A stretch of DNA of 64,000 bases from a virus. Lineage: Duplodnaviria > Caudoviricetes. How positions within the stretch are numbered: the stretch's first letter is position 1; the number at the start of each line of letters is the position of its first letter. The translations under genes were made by a program, and so were the position numbers. The stretch is taken from positions 64,001-128,000 of IMG/VR virus record IMGVR_UViG_2756170199_000003; one strand, 5' to 3'. Of the stretch, positions 36,471 through 46,857 are shown piece after piece. The notes under the pieces were generated by a model. That model saw nothing but the letters and a program-made list of their open reading frames with translations, was not told the DNA's origin and did not search any database.

Positions 36471-38669
36471 ATGGGTCGCGCAACCGATAACCCCTTTGTC
36501 CTGCCAGCGCGCCAGTATAAGAGAGATATCGACGTCCTGGAGCACTACGTTCGACAGAGTGTTCACTATCTCGCGACGATGACCGGCGCGCCACTTGCCG
36601 AGTGTCTGAGGTTCGTCCAGTCGGGACTCTCTCCCGGTGGCAGGTTCGCTTTTCAGGATCCCGGTGTCACGTATCTTCAGCGCCTTGAGAACGGCGATCG
36701 TGAGCTCAGGAACAGTACGCTTCAGGCCTTTCTGTCCTCATCCATCGGACAGCACGAACTCATCGCGCCGACGTTCACGACGTACGTGCATCCGCAGGTC
36801 AGGGAGTCCCTGCTTACCGGCTTTATCGGCGCCAACAAGGTGCAACGCGGAATTGCCAAGCGCGCGATGTTCCAGGCCCGCAGCGACGGCAATACGCTGC
36901 TCGAGATCCTGAAGGACAACGAGCAGACGAACATGAAGCTCGCGAGCAACGCCTGCTCCGGGGCACATGTTTCGGCCTCGACGCCGCTCTTCAATCTCTC
37001 CGCTCACTCTACCCTCACCTCGAACTGCCGCGTGACGGCGTGCTACGGCTCCGCGAACAACGAGAAGCTCCTTGCAGGCAACCGGCACTACTGGTCGCCC
37101 GACGTGGTGAAGAACAACATCACATCGATCCGTCTCGCCACCGACTACGAAGCACTCGAGGCCGCCATGCAGCGTTACGGGATCCGTCATCCGGAAGTCG
37201 GCGAGACGATGGACTGCATCCTGCGCTCGACCCGCTTCTATTTCCGCGATCCGGCTCATCACCAGCTGATCGGGGAGTACGTCAGCAAACTCACGCCCAT
37301 CGAACGCAGCGCGTTTGTCTATACAGGCGATCTCTATCACCTGAGGCTCCATAACGACGCCGTTATCCGCACCTTTATCGGGAAGCTCGCGACGCGTGTC
37401 GGCGTCGTGCATCCCACCCCCGATGCCATTCTTGCCGCGGCATTGCCAGAGGTCACGGCACTCGCCGTTCAGCTATGCGCGCAGGAGATGCGCGGCAGGA
37501 AGCTCGATGGCGTTGCCGGTACGCCCGCTCAGGGTATCGTTGCCTCCACCGTCGTCAATATCCAGGCAACGCTTGCCGAATACCGCGATTTCATCCGAGC
37601 GTTCTTCGTCACAAAAAGCGTGCCGGCGTCGGTCGCAGCCTTTCCCGAAAGCATCCGGCGCGTGGCGCTCATGGGTGACACGGACTCAACACTTTTCACC
37701 GTGCAGGACTGGGTGATCTGGTACAACCACGGGCGTCTTGGCTTCGACGCGGCCTCGCAGGCCGTGGCGGCCGCACTCGTCTTTCTCGCGTCGATGAGCG
37801 TGGCTCATCTGCTCGCCAGGATGTCGGCAAACTTCGGCGTCGAGGAAAAACGCCTCTTCGACACCGTGATGAAGAACGAATACCGGTTCGTGATGTTCAC
37901 GCCTACACCGGTTGCGAAACACTACTATGCCCTGATCGACTGCCGCGAGGGCCATCTCTACGTCGAACCTGAAGCGGAGATCAAGGGCGTGCATCTGAAG
38001 TCATCGAGCGCACCACCTGGCATTACCGCACGCGCCAAGACACTCATGATCGACATCATGAAAGCGGTTGCACGCGAGGAGAAGCTCTCGCTCACCCGTA
38101 TCCTCGGCGAGATTTCGGCAATCGAACACGACATCATCGCGTCGGTCATGGAGCGCTCAAGCTGCGAGTATTTCCGCATCGGCCAGATCAAGCCCGCAGA
38201 AGCCTATACGCTGGCTCCCGAACGCTCCATCTACGCTCACTACCTGTTCTGGAACGCAACCTTCGGGCCACGTGACGGTATCGCAGGCATACCGCCGTAC
38301 ACTGCCGTCAAGATTCCCGTGGACATGGGCTCGCCCACGCGCCTGCAGACGTGGCTTACCACGATGCAGGACCGGACACTTGCGGCTCGTCTCGCTGCCT
38401 GGCTTGCCGCGCACGGCCGACGCTCACTCACGACGCTTTACGTGCCACTCGAGATAATCGAGGCGCACGGCATTCCGCCCGAAATCCTTCAGCGTGTAGC
38501 AATCAGGAAGCTCGTCAAGGACACCATGAAGACCTTCTATCTTGTGCTCGAGAGTCTGGGTGTGGGAATGGAGAACCGTCAGATCACGCACCTTGTGAGC
38601 GATGACTATCCACCTGCTGCCCCGAAATCAGCGACGACATCCGAAGGGACAGCCCCAGTGACGTCATAA
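36471..38669 (+). CDS. Family-B DNA polymerase, polymerase-domain half (phiKZ gp50-like)
   Basis: KLASNACSG (KxxxN motif), HSTLTS, MGDTDSTLF, MKNE, KHYYA, EIKGVHLK. Confidence 0.88.
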   Translation: MGRATDNPFVLPARQYKRDIDVLEHYVRQSVHYLATMTGAPLAECLRFVQSGLSPGGRFAFQDPGVTYLQRLENGDRELRNSTLQAFLSSSIGQHELIAPTFTTYVHPQVRESLLTGFIGANKVQRGIAKRAMFQARSDGNTLLEILKDNEQTNMKLASNACSGAHVSASTPLFNLSAHSTLTSNCRVTACYGSANNEKLLAGNRHYWSPDVVKNNITSIRLATDYEALEAAMQRYGIRHPEVGETMDCILRSTRFYFRDPAHHQLIGEYVSKLTPIERSAFVYTGDLYHLRLHNDAVIRTFIGKLATRVGVVHPTPDAILAAALPEVTALAVQLCAQEMRGRKLDGVAGTPAQGIVASTVVNIQATLAEYRDFIRAFFVTKSVPASVAAFPESIRRVALMGDTDSTLFTVQDWVIWYNHGRLGFDAASQAVAAALVFLASMSVAHLLARMSANFGVEEKRLFDTVMKNEYRFVMFTPTPVAKHYYALIDCREGHLYVEPEAEIKGVHLKSSSAPPGITARAKTLMIDIMKAVAREEKLSLTRILGEISAIEHDIIASVMERSSCEYFRIGQIKPAEAYTLAPERSIYAHYLFWNATFGPRDGIAGIPPYTAVKIPVDMGSPTRLQTWLTTMQDRTLAARLAAWLAAHGRRSLTTLYVPLEIIEAHGIPPEILQRVAIRKLVKDTMKTFYLVLESLGVGMENRQITHLVSDDYPPAAPKSATTSEGTAPVTS

Positions 38670-38701
38670 GGGGCCGCTGTCGCGGCCCCATGGAGTAGTC
38701 A

Positions 38702-39025
38702 ATGAAAACGCCATTTGCGTTGCGCCGACGCGAGGACTGGGAGAACACGCCGATTGAAACGGAAGACCTTCCCGATGGCTGGACCGACGTGCTGATCCAG
38801 CTCATCGAAACCGGGCCCGTGGACGACGGTGACATCGTCAGCAAGAACGCCCGCGATGCGCTGATCGAGCGTGGCTTCGCCGACAAGGTCATCATCGACC
38901 AGTTCGAAGCGGGTACCTGCGCAACCTACTACGGACGCGAGCTGTACTGTCAGCTCGTCGACGAATGGGGACTGGCCGAAGCTATCGCGAAACGTCATGC
39001 CCAGTCCATTCTCAAACGTTACTGA
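38702..39025 (+). CDS. Hypothetical protein
   Basis: GGAG RBS; GPVDDGDIVSKNARDALIERG winged-helix-like segment. Confidence 0.6.
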   Translation: MKTPFALRRREDWENTPIETEDLPDGWTDVLIQLIETGPVDDGDIVSKNARDALIERGFADKVIIDQFEAGTCATYYGRELYCQLVDEWGLAEAIAKRHAQSILKRY

Positions 39026-39037
39026 ACGCATACGTAC

Positions 39038-40159
39038 TCATGCATTTACCGTGCGCACGGCCACGCGTGTCACGTTTGCCTTGCGCTCAATCGTGTCGAG
39101 CTCATCGAGCACGGACTGGCGCGTGAGCGCGTCCATCACACCGTCAAACAGACGCTCCTGTCTCCAGCCGAGAAATGTACGCTCAACCAGATTGATTTCG
39201 GACTGGTTGCGTGTTCGCGGTGAACCCGCCGTCGCGCTCAATACAAAATCAAGCATCGGCAGGCGCGCGATCGCGAGTGCCCACATAACCTGTCTTGTCG
39301 GCGCCATGTCAGGAAGATGCATGGCCTCTTCAAGGTTGCGGCGCGCTGCCACCGGCACGCTTTGTAACACCCCCACGAAATTCTTGCCTTGCCTCTCCAG
39401 GTTCACTACGATTTCCTCATAACAGCGATCGAGTCGTGTCGCTACGTCGACCAGGGCAAATGGATGCTGCCGGGTCGACCACCCTGCAGGTACACGCGCC
39501 TGCACACAGCGAATCCGGTTGAGGAGAGTCTGATCGAGTTGACTGAACAGCATGTTGGGTAGCACGAACCCGTGAACGAACATCGTGAGGGATTTTTCAT
39601 CCACGCCACCCGTCTTTCTTTTTTCCTCTTCACGAAAGGCGCGATACTGAACCATCAACATGGGCAAATTGATAGCGATCACCGCCATTCCTGTTTCCGA
39701 CCCTGCAAACCGGCCATCCGGGAGATTCATTCCCAGATCGCTGCCCGAATGTCTCAGCACGCGTAGAGGTGTGGCATTGCGCCAGTCGCGATGGGCAAGC
39801 ATGAGATCAAAATACTCTGTATGAACAACGAGAATCTCATCGTGGCCCGCGCCGTAGAACACGCCATTCCAGATTTTCCCACGGGATATTGAGGACGTCA
39901 TCTTCATTGCCGTCGACAGATTGAGCGCCATCGCGTCGACATTGGCATGGTAACGCTCGAGCGTGAGCGCGAGCGGCACATCGACGCTCTGCACCAGCCT
40001 GACCACAGGGTGATCGCTTCTGACTGCCCCCGCAGCATGCCGGTAGTAGCGGATGACCTGCCCGAGATTGCGGCGCAGGCCCGCGCGCACGGCTTGCCAC
40101 GCCCCTGGCACCTGAATGCCCTGGAGCGAGCGTGGTACCAGGTTGAATAACTTGTGCAT
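39038..40159 (-). CDS. Conserved jumbo-phage protein (phiKZ gp52-like)
   Basis: Antisense gene between the polymerase and chmA, as recalled for phiKZ; VLRH, INLPMLMVQYR, VLPNML motifs. Confidence 0.65.
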   Translation of the reverse strand: MHKLFNLVPRSLQGIQVPGAWQAVRAGLRRNLGQVIRYYRHAAGAVRSDHPVVRLVQSVDVPLALTLERYHANVDAMALNLSTAMKMTSSISRGKIWNGVFYGAGHDEILVVHTEYFDLMLAHRDWRNATPLRVLRHSGSDLGMNLPDGRFAGSETGMAVIAINLPMLMVQYRAFREEEKRKTGGVDEKSLTMFVHGFVLPNMLFSQLDQTLLNRIRCVQARVPAGWSTRQHPFALVDVATRLDRCYEEIVVNLERQGKNFVGVLQSVPVAARRNLEEAMHLPDMAPTRQVMWALAIARLPMLDFVLSATAGSPRTRNQSEINLVERTFLGWRQERLFDGVMDALTRQSVLDELDTIERKANVTRVAVRTVNA

Positions 40160-40480
40160 GGTTCGATATATCGAGTGAAAGAGATTCGCCCATAAAATTT
40201 GAGCGCCCCGGTGCCGCCAGGCGTGGCTGGCACGCGTGTACGGGTTGCTGCCCGCTCTACCGGAGAAGGCAAGTGCCGGAATTCTTCATCGCGTAAGAAT
40301 TTACTGCGGCCGCCCATATCCTGTGGAGAGGACGTTCGCATTCCCCTCCATCTGGCTGGCTGAATGAGCCCGGCCAGGGAATGCCGTGCCATGTCTCTTC
40401 ATGTTGACGTGATTTTTCGTTCCAGCAGTGCACCTTGTGCGCGTCGCCGGATGTGGATCTATTCAACGGAATTTCACTGA

Positions 40481-40488
40481 TATATCAC
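40481..40488 (+). promoter_or_regulatory. TATATCAC putative early promoter of chmA
   Basis: Recurrent motif about 70 bp upstream of the chmA ATG. Confidence 0.65.
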
Positions 40489-40555
40489 CCACTTGTCATT
40501 AGCTAGGAATGCTAACGACCGTATACGTTATTCAACCTTGACGAAAGGAATTGCC

Positions 40556-42565
40556 ATGGCAGTGAAACTCCCTTCAAACCACGCCGGTGACGAGCCGGGT
40601 GCAGACTCGAGCATGGCCCAGGCGTTCAGCCAGGCCCAGCAGACGGAGAGCGAGCGGTTCTCGTCGCAATCCGGAGCCGCAGAGGCACGCGAACGTCCAG
40701 CAGGCACGGGTGGCCACTTTGCATTTTCGAGTTCGACCCATTTCCTCGAGACCGTGCTCCCGGCCAATTCGGAGAGCGAGGTTCTCACGAAGATCCACGA
40801 CATGCTCAAGGCGCGGTTCGTATCCTCAAGCCCCGAGCACGAACTCACACTCGTGCCGGTCAATCGCGATGACACCACGCAGCTCGAATTTTCGGTCATG
40901 GTGATCGCGTTGCGCCACAAGTCATGGCCCGAACTTGGTGTCGCCTACTACACCATGATCCTCGAGGGTTCGGCACCTGAACTCCCGCCGATCCTGCGCT
41001 CCGAAGGCGGCGAAACATTCGATGATCCGCGCTTTCCCAGCGACATGAACACGGCGGCGCTTGACGCCGAGGTCCGCGAGCGGCTGATGCGCGTCTTTCC
41101 GCAGCATCCGCTGTGGAGCGCTGGCGTGGGTGTAGTGCGGCGCGACTTCAACCCGGAAAACAGGGAGCTGGCCCACAGGCTGGCCAAGCGCGTGAGCGAC
41201 GCGTGTGTGCTGGAGCTCAAGCGACACCAACCAGGCGGATTCCACGATCTGAACCTGGTCGAAGCCGTCGGCAGCGATACGCTGGTCATCCGTCCGACCT
41301 TCGGCAACGGGCAGATTTACGACGTCATGGGTCATCCGGTCCGCGGTGATATCGAGATCCTCAGTACGATTCCGGGCAAACAGGTTCCTGGTCAGCCGGA
41401 GCTGACGATGCGCGACACGGTCGTGTCGGTGGTCCACGGTTTCGTGGATCTCGTCTGGTCGCCTGAAGAACCGCAGATCCTGCCGTACATGCAAACGCCC
41501 GCGGCCGCCGGCGTCAACTCCGCGCTTCGCCGGAAGTACTACCCGCGCTTTGTGATCACAAACTGCGGCGCCGCCCAGGTGCCGACGCTGGGCGGCCAGT
41601 TGCTCTCGATCATGATAGCGACCGCGTGTCTGTCCCCGGGTCTGTGGGTGGAAGCTTTCCGTCCCCCACAAGGTCATGCGAGCGGCAATGAGGTCAACTG
41701 GAGAAATATCGGCGCCCTGAACATCGAGGCGAACCTCGAGAACGACCCGAGCGGCTACGGCACACCGCTGAACAGCATGCTCGACTCGTTCATCCGCGAG
41801 ACGGGCCCGAACGGCAGCCCGTTCCGCACGCTCATCGCCAACACCATCCGTGAAAAGCTGGTGGTCTCGATGGACATTGTCGAATGCGGTATCGAGTCGT
41901 ATCTGAGCGAAGTGCTCTATCTCGCCGCCGAGGGCAATTCAAGCAACAGCCGGCCGGCCAACATGCAGATCATCCAGTCGATGGAAGATCTGACAGACGG
42001 CCACTTCCTGCCGATTTACAACCGCCTCTGGCAGCAGGCCAACCCTAAGCTCAGCCTGCGGCCCGAGGACCGGCGTCTGGTCACCGACGAGTGCAACCGG
42101 ATTCTCAAGGGAACCCTCGTCTACGGTGGCGAACTGATGTCGACGGACTATGTGGACTACCTCGCGAACCTGAACGTCGCGGGTCCGAACAATCACGAGG
42201 ATGTCCTCACATGGTCCGATACCTTCTCGAACGTCGGCATCAAGCTCAACCAGCGCGTGGCCAAGCGCTCGAAGATCACCAAGGCGATCGCTGGCCCGGC
42301 GACCAAGTTCACCGCGGCAGCCCGCCGCGTCACACTTGCGAGCGACGTACTCGCCGCAGGGTTGATGGCGCTCGGCGAGCTCAAGCTGAACATGGTGTTT
42401 CAGTCAGCGGGGCTCGGACGGCCGCAGTACCAGCGTGCGGTCAATCCGTTCCTCGACGCCGCTGCGCTCGATCCGAATGTCAACGCCGGCTTCTTCGGCA
42501 GCGGCTTCGGGACTCCGTCGGCGCAATACGGCAACCGTGCGGGCTTTAACCGCTTCATGTCCTGA
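40556..42565 (+). CDS. chmA: Chimallin, phage nuclear shell protein (phiKZ gp54-like)
   Basis: 669 aa directly upstream of the nvRNAP beta' gene; recalled motifs GFVDLVW, YYPRFVIT, QLLS, NIGALNIEAN, DYLA, ARRVT; flexible N-terminus and aromatic/Gly-rich C-terminal tail. Confidence 0.85.
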   Translation: MAVKLPSNHAGDEPGADSSMAQAFSQAQQTESERFSSQSGAAEARERPAGTGGHFAFSSSTHFLETVLPANSESEVLTKIHDMLKARFVSSSPEHELTLVPVNRDDTTQLEFSVMVIALRHKSWPELGVAYYTMILEGSAPELPPILRSEGGETFDDPRFPSDMNTAALDAEVRERLMRVFPQHPLWSAGVGVVRRDFNPENRELAHRLAKRVSDACVLELKRHQPGGFHDLNLVEAVGSDTLVIRPTFGNGQIYDVMGHPVRGDIEILSTIPGKQVPGQPELTMRDTVVSVVHGFVDLVWSPEEPQILPYMQTPAAAGVNSALRRKYYPRFVITNCGAAQVPTLGGQLLSIMIATACLSPGLWVEAFRPPQGHASGNEVNWRNIGALNIEANLENDPSGYGTPLNSMLDSFIRETGPNGSPFRTLIANTIREKLVVSMDIVECGIESYLSEVLYLAAEGNSSNSRPANMQIIQSMEDLTDGHFLPIYNRLWQQANPKLSLRPEDRRLVTDECNRILKGTLVYGGELMSTDYVDYLANLNVAGPNNHEDVLTWSDTFSNVGIKLNQRVAKRSKITKAIAGPATKFTAAARRVTLASDVLAAGLMALGELKLNMVFQSAGLGRPQYQRAVNPFLDAAALDPNVNAGFFGSGFGTPSAQYGNRAGFNRFMS

Positions 42566-42577
42566 TGTTCTTCAGGC

Positions 42578-42611
42578 CCGGCAGGGGAAGTTTCCCTGCC
42601 GGCTTTTTTTT
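42578..42611 (+). terminator. Intrinsic terminator after chmA
   Basis: CCGGCAGGG/CCCTGCCGG stem followed by T8. Confidence 0.85.
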
Positions 42612-42717
42612 CCGCGCAGGTATTTGAGCCTGTACGGCCTGTGCATAGGTTTTTATTGAACCGGGTAATCCAGTGCAGGTACCCCCTTCATGCGCACCAC
42701 CCGCACGGAGAAAGAAA

Positions 42718-44223
42718 ATGGGAATCAGCCTTCGCCCGATCGACCACGACCAGGTCTTCCATTACCGCACGTCCCGGGAACCCATCATCGTCAACGATCT
42801 TCCCGACACCACAACCGAAGAAAAGAAATATGTCGATAACCTCATCTTCACGCGCTACGATCTCATCCACTCCGACCTGCTGTCGAACATCCCCTCGTGT
42901 GCCTGCGGCAATACGCTCGGGGTAGACAAGCTCGGCAACGGTCACGACATTCGCGCGGTCGTCTGCCCGGACTGCCACACCGAAGTCACCGCGCCGTATC
43001 AGGGCGATCTCGAACCGCTCATCTGGATGCGCGCGCCCAAAGGTGTGAAGGCGCTCATCAAGCCGCGCATGCTGACGATGCTCAGCGAGCATTTCCAGAA
43101 AAACAGCTTCGACGTGATCCGCTGGATCTGCGATCGGACGTACAAGGCGCCCGTAAAGGAGCCGCCGGTCATGGAGGCGGTCCGCGCCTCAGGCCTGCCC
43201 CGCGGTTACAACCATTTCGTCGAGAACTTCGACGCCATCATGGCGTTCCTGTTCAACCTGAAGCTCTATCCAAAGAAGGAACTTGCGCCGCTCAGGGAAT
43301 TCATCACGCGGTACCGAAACGTCATCTTCTCCCAGTATCTGCCGCTACCGAACCGGTCGCTGCTGGTGCTTGAGGAAACGAACCACGCGGCTTACACCGA
43401 TTGCACCGCGCCGATTGCAATCGACGCGATCCGCATGATGGTCGGGATCGATTCGCCGGCGGCGGTGTATTCCGACATCGTGCGTGAAAACCGCACGATC
43501 CGCATGCTCTTCCAGACGGCCGGCTATTACGACATCACATTGCGGGAGTTTCTCGCGTCCAAGTCGGGCGTGTTCCGCAAGAACGTGTTCGGCACGCGCT
43601 GCCACTTCGCTTTCCGTGCGGTCATCAGTTCGAACACAGGCCCTCACGACTACTCCGAGGTGCATATTCCGTGGAGTGTCGGGGTCGTGGTGTTCGAGTT
43701 GCATCTGAAGAACTTCCTGATGCGCGAAGGCATGACGCCGTGGGAAGCGGAAACGTACCTGAACGCACACGTCAACCAGTACAGCGAGAAGCTCGATGCG
43801 TATTTCAAACGCCTGATCGAAGAGTCGCCCTGGCCTGGGATACCGGTGACCGTGCAGCGAAATCCGAGCCTGCATCGTGCCAGTATCCAGCTGCTGTTCA
43901 TCACGCGCGTCACCCGCGACGTCGCGCAGCCGACAGTCGTATTCAGCATTCTCGACGTCACCGGGCCCAACGCGGACTACGACGGCGACATGATGAATCT
44001 CGTGCTCCCCATCGATCACGTCCTAACCCGCGAGCTTTATCCCCTCATGCCGCACCAGAGCGCATTCAGCATGAACGAGCCGCGTGCACTTTCGAAGAAT
44101 CTCTCGATGCCAAAGACCGTCGTGCTGACGATCAGCAACTGGATGCACTGGCCAGAGTCGGAGCTGGACGCACCCGACCCCGCAGTATTGCAACGCATGG
44201 CGCTCATCCCCGAGGCGGCATGA
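42718..44223 (+). CDS. Non-virion RNA polymerase beta' N-terminal subunit (phiKZ gp55-like)
   Basis: Zn finger CACG...CPDC; KSGVFRKNVFGTR, RAVI, QRNPSL, catalytic NADYDGD. Confidence 0.92.
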   Translation: MGISLRPIDHDQVFHYRTSREPIIVNDLPDTTTEEKKYVDNLIFTRYDLIHSDLLSNIPSCACGNTLGVDKLGNGHDIRAVVCPDCHTEVTAPYQGDLEPLIWMRAPKGVKALIKPRMLTMLSEHFQKNSFDVIRWICDRTYKAPVKEPPVMEAVRASGLPRGYNHFVENFDAIMAFLFNLKLYPKKELAPLREFITRYRNVIFSQYLPLPNRSLLVLEETNHAAYTDCTAPIAIDAIRMMVGIDSPAAVYSDIVRENRTIRMLFQTAGYYDITLREFLASKSGVFRKNVFGTRCHFAFRAVISSNTGPHDYSEVHIPWSVGVVVFELHLKNFLMREGMTPWEAETYLNAHVNQYSEKLDAYFKRLIEESPWPGIPVTVQRNPSLHRASIQLLFITRVTRDVAQPTVVFSILDVTGPNADYDGDMMNLVLPIDHVLTRELYPLMPHQSAFSMNEPRALSKNLSMPKTVVLTISNWMHWPESELDAPDPAVLQRMALIPEAA

Positions 44224-44282
44224 GCATAACTGAATCAACCAGGATGAATGAACATGTCTGAACGTAATGTGAGGAGGCGGCC

Positions 44283-44906
44283 ATGATGCTAACCGCAAGC
44301 GGCGACAACGAATTCGACGCGCTCGTTTATGGCGCCCGCAAACATCCGGGCACGATCGCCTACCTGCAGAAGCAGCTGGAACCCTTTCGGAGTGCAGGCG
44401 GATTGACCGAGTTCGGAAGGCAGTTCGCCGATACCGCTCGCAGTCTCTACGAATCGTTCAACGGATCCGAAGCCATGCGCCTCGCACGTGCTGCTGTACG
44501 TCGCGCAGGTGCGCTCTACATGAGCGACACGATCCAGTCGATCTGGGAACTCGGCCGTCTGCAGAACGCCCCCGTGGCGATGCAGCGCTGGATCATGGCG
44601 GAGCCTGAAACCCGCAGGCTCTATCAAGAGCAACGCTGTGATGGCTTTTCCGACACTTATATCGACGTCGAGCCTGGTGCGATCGGCGAAGAGCATTACG
44701 ACTGGCGCCGCATCCACGACGGCATGGCACAGAAAACTGCCGACGGCAAGCTCGTCTTCGAACAGTACTGGGAGCCCCTGAAGGAGGGCGATCGCCATCT
44801 CGAACTCGACGAGCAGAGCGACATCATCGCTACGCACTCGTTTGCCAACGCGCATGCGCTTGCTGGCAGGGAAGATCACACCAGCAATGAGGGCGGCATG
44901 CTATAG
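44283..44906 (+). CDS. Conserved jumbo-phage protein (phiKZ gp59-like; possible import factor)
   Basis: LQNAPVAMQRWIMAEP, GFSDTY, HYDWRR motifs; synteny. Confidence 0.65.
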   Translation: MMLTASGDNEFDALVYGARKHPGTIAYLQKQLEPFRSAGGLTEFGRQFADTARSLYESFNGSEAMRLARAAVRRAGALYMSDTIQSIWELGRLQNAPVAMQRWIMAEPETRRLYQEQRCDGFSDTYIDVEPGAIGEEHYDWRRIHDGMAQKTADGKLVFEQYWEPLKEGDRHLELDEQSDIIATHSFANAHALAGREDHTSNEGGML

Positions 44907-45008
44907 CCGCATTTTCATTATCCGGAAGGGCGTGCCTGTCCTTCCGGATCCGCACGTTCTTCCTTTTTTTCTCGCGCGCCCTATTCCGACTCATGCGCAA
45001 GACAGACC

Positions 45009-45016
45009 TATATCAC
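45009..45016 (+). promoter_or_regulatory. TATATCAC putative phage early promoter
   Basis: AGACCTATATCACC is identical to the copy at 55921-55934. Confidence 0.6.
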
Positions 45017-45075
45017 CTCTGTGGAAGCCGGAAAAGCCTCCGGCAACTCCATCATATCGGAGCGACAGACGCAAG

Positions 45076-45267
45076 ATGGCCCCATTCGCAAACGACGATA
45101 CAACGCTGACCGTTGCGGTCAGGACGACGTCGAGTGTTTTACACGTACTGCGCGCAAGTGATACAGAAACCTTCGTGCTTCCGGCTTTCATCCGTGACGA
45201 TGAAGCCGTCGCCATTTTCCACACCATCGAAGATCACGCCCCATTCTGCGAAATCGCGTTCAGGTAG
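45076..45267 (+). CDS. Small hypothetical protein
   Basis: ATG downstream of the promoter motif. Confidence 0.35.
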   Translation: MAPFANDDTTLTVAVRTTSSVLHVLRASDTETFVLPAFIRDDEAVAIFHTIEDHAPFCEIAFR

Positions 45268-45310
45268 CGCGTTATGCCCGTGCGGGCATTACACCGTCAC
45301 CGGAGAAAAT

Positions 45311-45634
45311 TTGAAATTCACTGAAATCCAAACGTTTGACGATCTTGCACACTGGTCCGTCCGGTGGGCAAACGATGAAGCAGCAATGCACAAGTTCGAG
45401 AAGTGTATGGCCCATCTGTGCCGACAACTCGAATCCTGTGGTGGTCTGGAGCGCGTGGTGTTCAGCGCGACTATCGGTGAGCTGTTTGCCGACACCGGTG
45501 AATCGATACACGCGTACTTCTTCGAATTTAACGACCTGATCTACAGCTTCCCTTACCACCTGCAGACCGGGAGATTTTACGACGCGCGTTATATCTCGCC
45601 CGACGTTCCGGGCATGAACAGACTGATCCAGTAA
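45311..45634 (+). CDS. Hypothetical protein
   Basis: TTG start with GGAG RBS; protein-like composition. Confidence 0.4.
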   Translation: MKFTEIQTFDDLAHWSVRWANDEAAMHKFEKCMAHLCRQLESCGGLERVVFSATIGELFADTGESIHAYFFEFNDLIYSFPYHLQTGRFYDARYISPDVPGMNRLIQ

Positions 45635-45685
45635 GCCGGCTCGCCCGGATTTGTTCGATTGGTCCGGTTATGAGGGGCGTCCATC

Positions 45686-46144
45686 ATGACCACACCCGCT
45701 CCGACACTCTCAACCGCCGGCTGGATCGTCTCGGCCCAGCAGAAGGCGGACCGACTGATGGCCTGGCTTTACGCGACTCAGGCCAACCAGTCCTACATCT
45801 TCAATGGCAATGTGACGAGCCTGCAGTATCTGATCGCGCAGAACACGGGCAATATCCCGGCGACCTGCTCAGCCTTGCAGAACGCGCTGACCCAATTTTT
45901 TTCCCGCTACTACGACCTTGCCCGCGTGCAGGTCGCAAGCGACGACGTGCTCAATGGGAACCAGAGCAGCCTCATCACGCTGTATGTGTACGCAGAGCTC
46001 ACCGAGGATGGCGTCGTCTACCCCCTGACCGGCCTCATTGAGCTCTCCAGCTCGAAACTGCTGCGCGTGATCGCGCTGAACAACAGCGGCGCATCTGGCA
46101 CGCAGGTGGCCGTGCAGCACGTCCTTCAGGACATCACTTCATGA
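45686..46144 (+). CDS. Conserved jumbo-phage protein (phiKZ gp61-like)
   Basis: PTLSTAGW...KADRL...QANQS...SLQYLI motif; synteny. Confidence 0.6.
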   Translation: MTTPAPTLSTAGWIVSAQQKADRLMAWLYATQANQSYIFNGNVTSLQYLIAQNTGNIPATCSALQNALTQFFSRYYDLARVQVASDDVLNGNQSSLITLYVYAELTEDGVVYPLTGLIELSSSKLLRVIALNNSGASGTQVAVQHVLQDITS

Positions 46145-46857
46145 ATACCGAGAACACCGAACCGGCTGACGGACCTCCGAGCTATGGCGACCCACATCGC
46201 GTGATTGGCGCAGACGGCTGCGACGCGCAGCTGCGTGCCGAGGCGCCCATACCCGGTTGGGTCGAAAGTTTCGGGCGGCACATCGAGCGCGCAATTTTTG
46301 GCGGGCTGATGCAACAGCAGCACGAATATCTGGAGCATCGGCGCTTGCCTCACACCGTGCGCACCTGGGAAATCAGGACCACGCCCTGGCTGCTCGAGGA
46401 CGGCTACATTCTCGTATTGACCGAGTTCCCGATCGCGACCGAAACGTGCTGCGTGGTGGCGTTCACACCGGTCTACGCCGACGGGCGTACGGCAATGGAA
46501 CGCAGCACGGCTGACGATGCCATTGAACTGAATGTCATTGACTTCGAGGTTTTCGTCTATCAGGAACGGGGACGCACCGCATTCGAAAATGCCCGCATGA
46601 TCCTGCACCCGCATTACATCGCGGAGCTGAAGCGTCAGGCGTTCGCCCTAAGACTTCAGTACATCCAGTTCTTCTACTTCACCCAGCTCGTACCGAAAGT
46701 GCGCGAAGCCTTCGAGGATCCGCATGGTCATCTGGAATCATTTCTCAACCGCATGCGGCAGACAGTTTCCCAACAACACGCCACTTCACCGCCGTCAACC
46801 GCGAACCATGATGACTCAACAGGTGGCCCGACTTTCATCGATCAGGATTCCACGTGA
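46141..46857 (+). CDS. Hypothetical jumbo-phage protein
   Basis: Translationally coupled ORF. Confidence 0.55.
   Translation: MNTENTEPADGPPSYGDPHRVIGADGCDAQLRAEAPIPGWVESFGRHIERAIFGGLMQQQHEYLEHRRLPHTVRTWEIRTTPWLLEDGYILVLTEFPIATETCCVVAFTPVYADGRTAMERSTADDAIELNVIDFEVFVYQERGRTAFENARMILHPHYIAELKRQAFALRLQYIQFFYFTQLVPKVREAFEDPHGHLESFLNRMRQTVSQQHATSPPSTANHDDSTGGPTFIDQDST

Noticed and set aside
45076-45634. Frameshifted single gene (pseudogene)
   Set aside because: The second part has its own GGAG RBS and TTG start at 45311, so two small genes explain it equally well; homologues are needed to decide.
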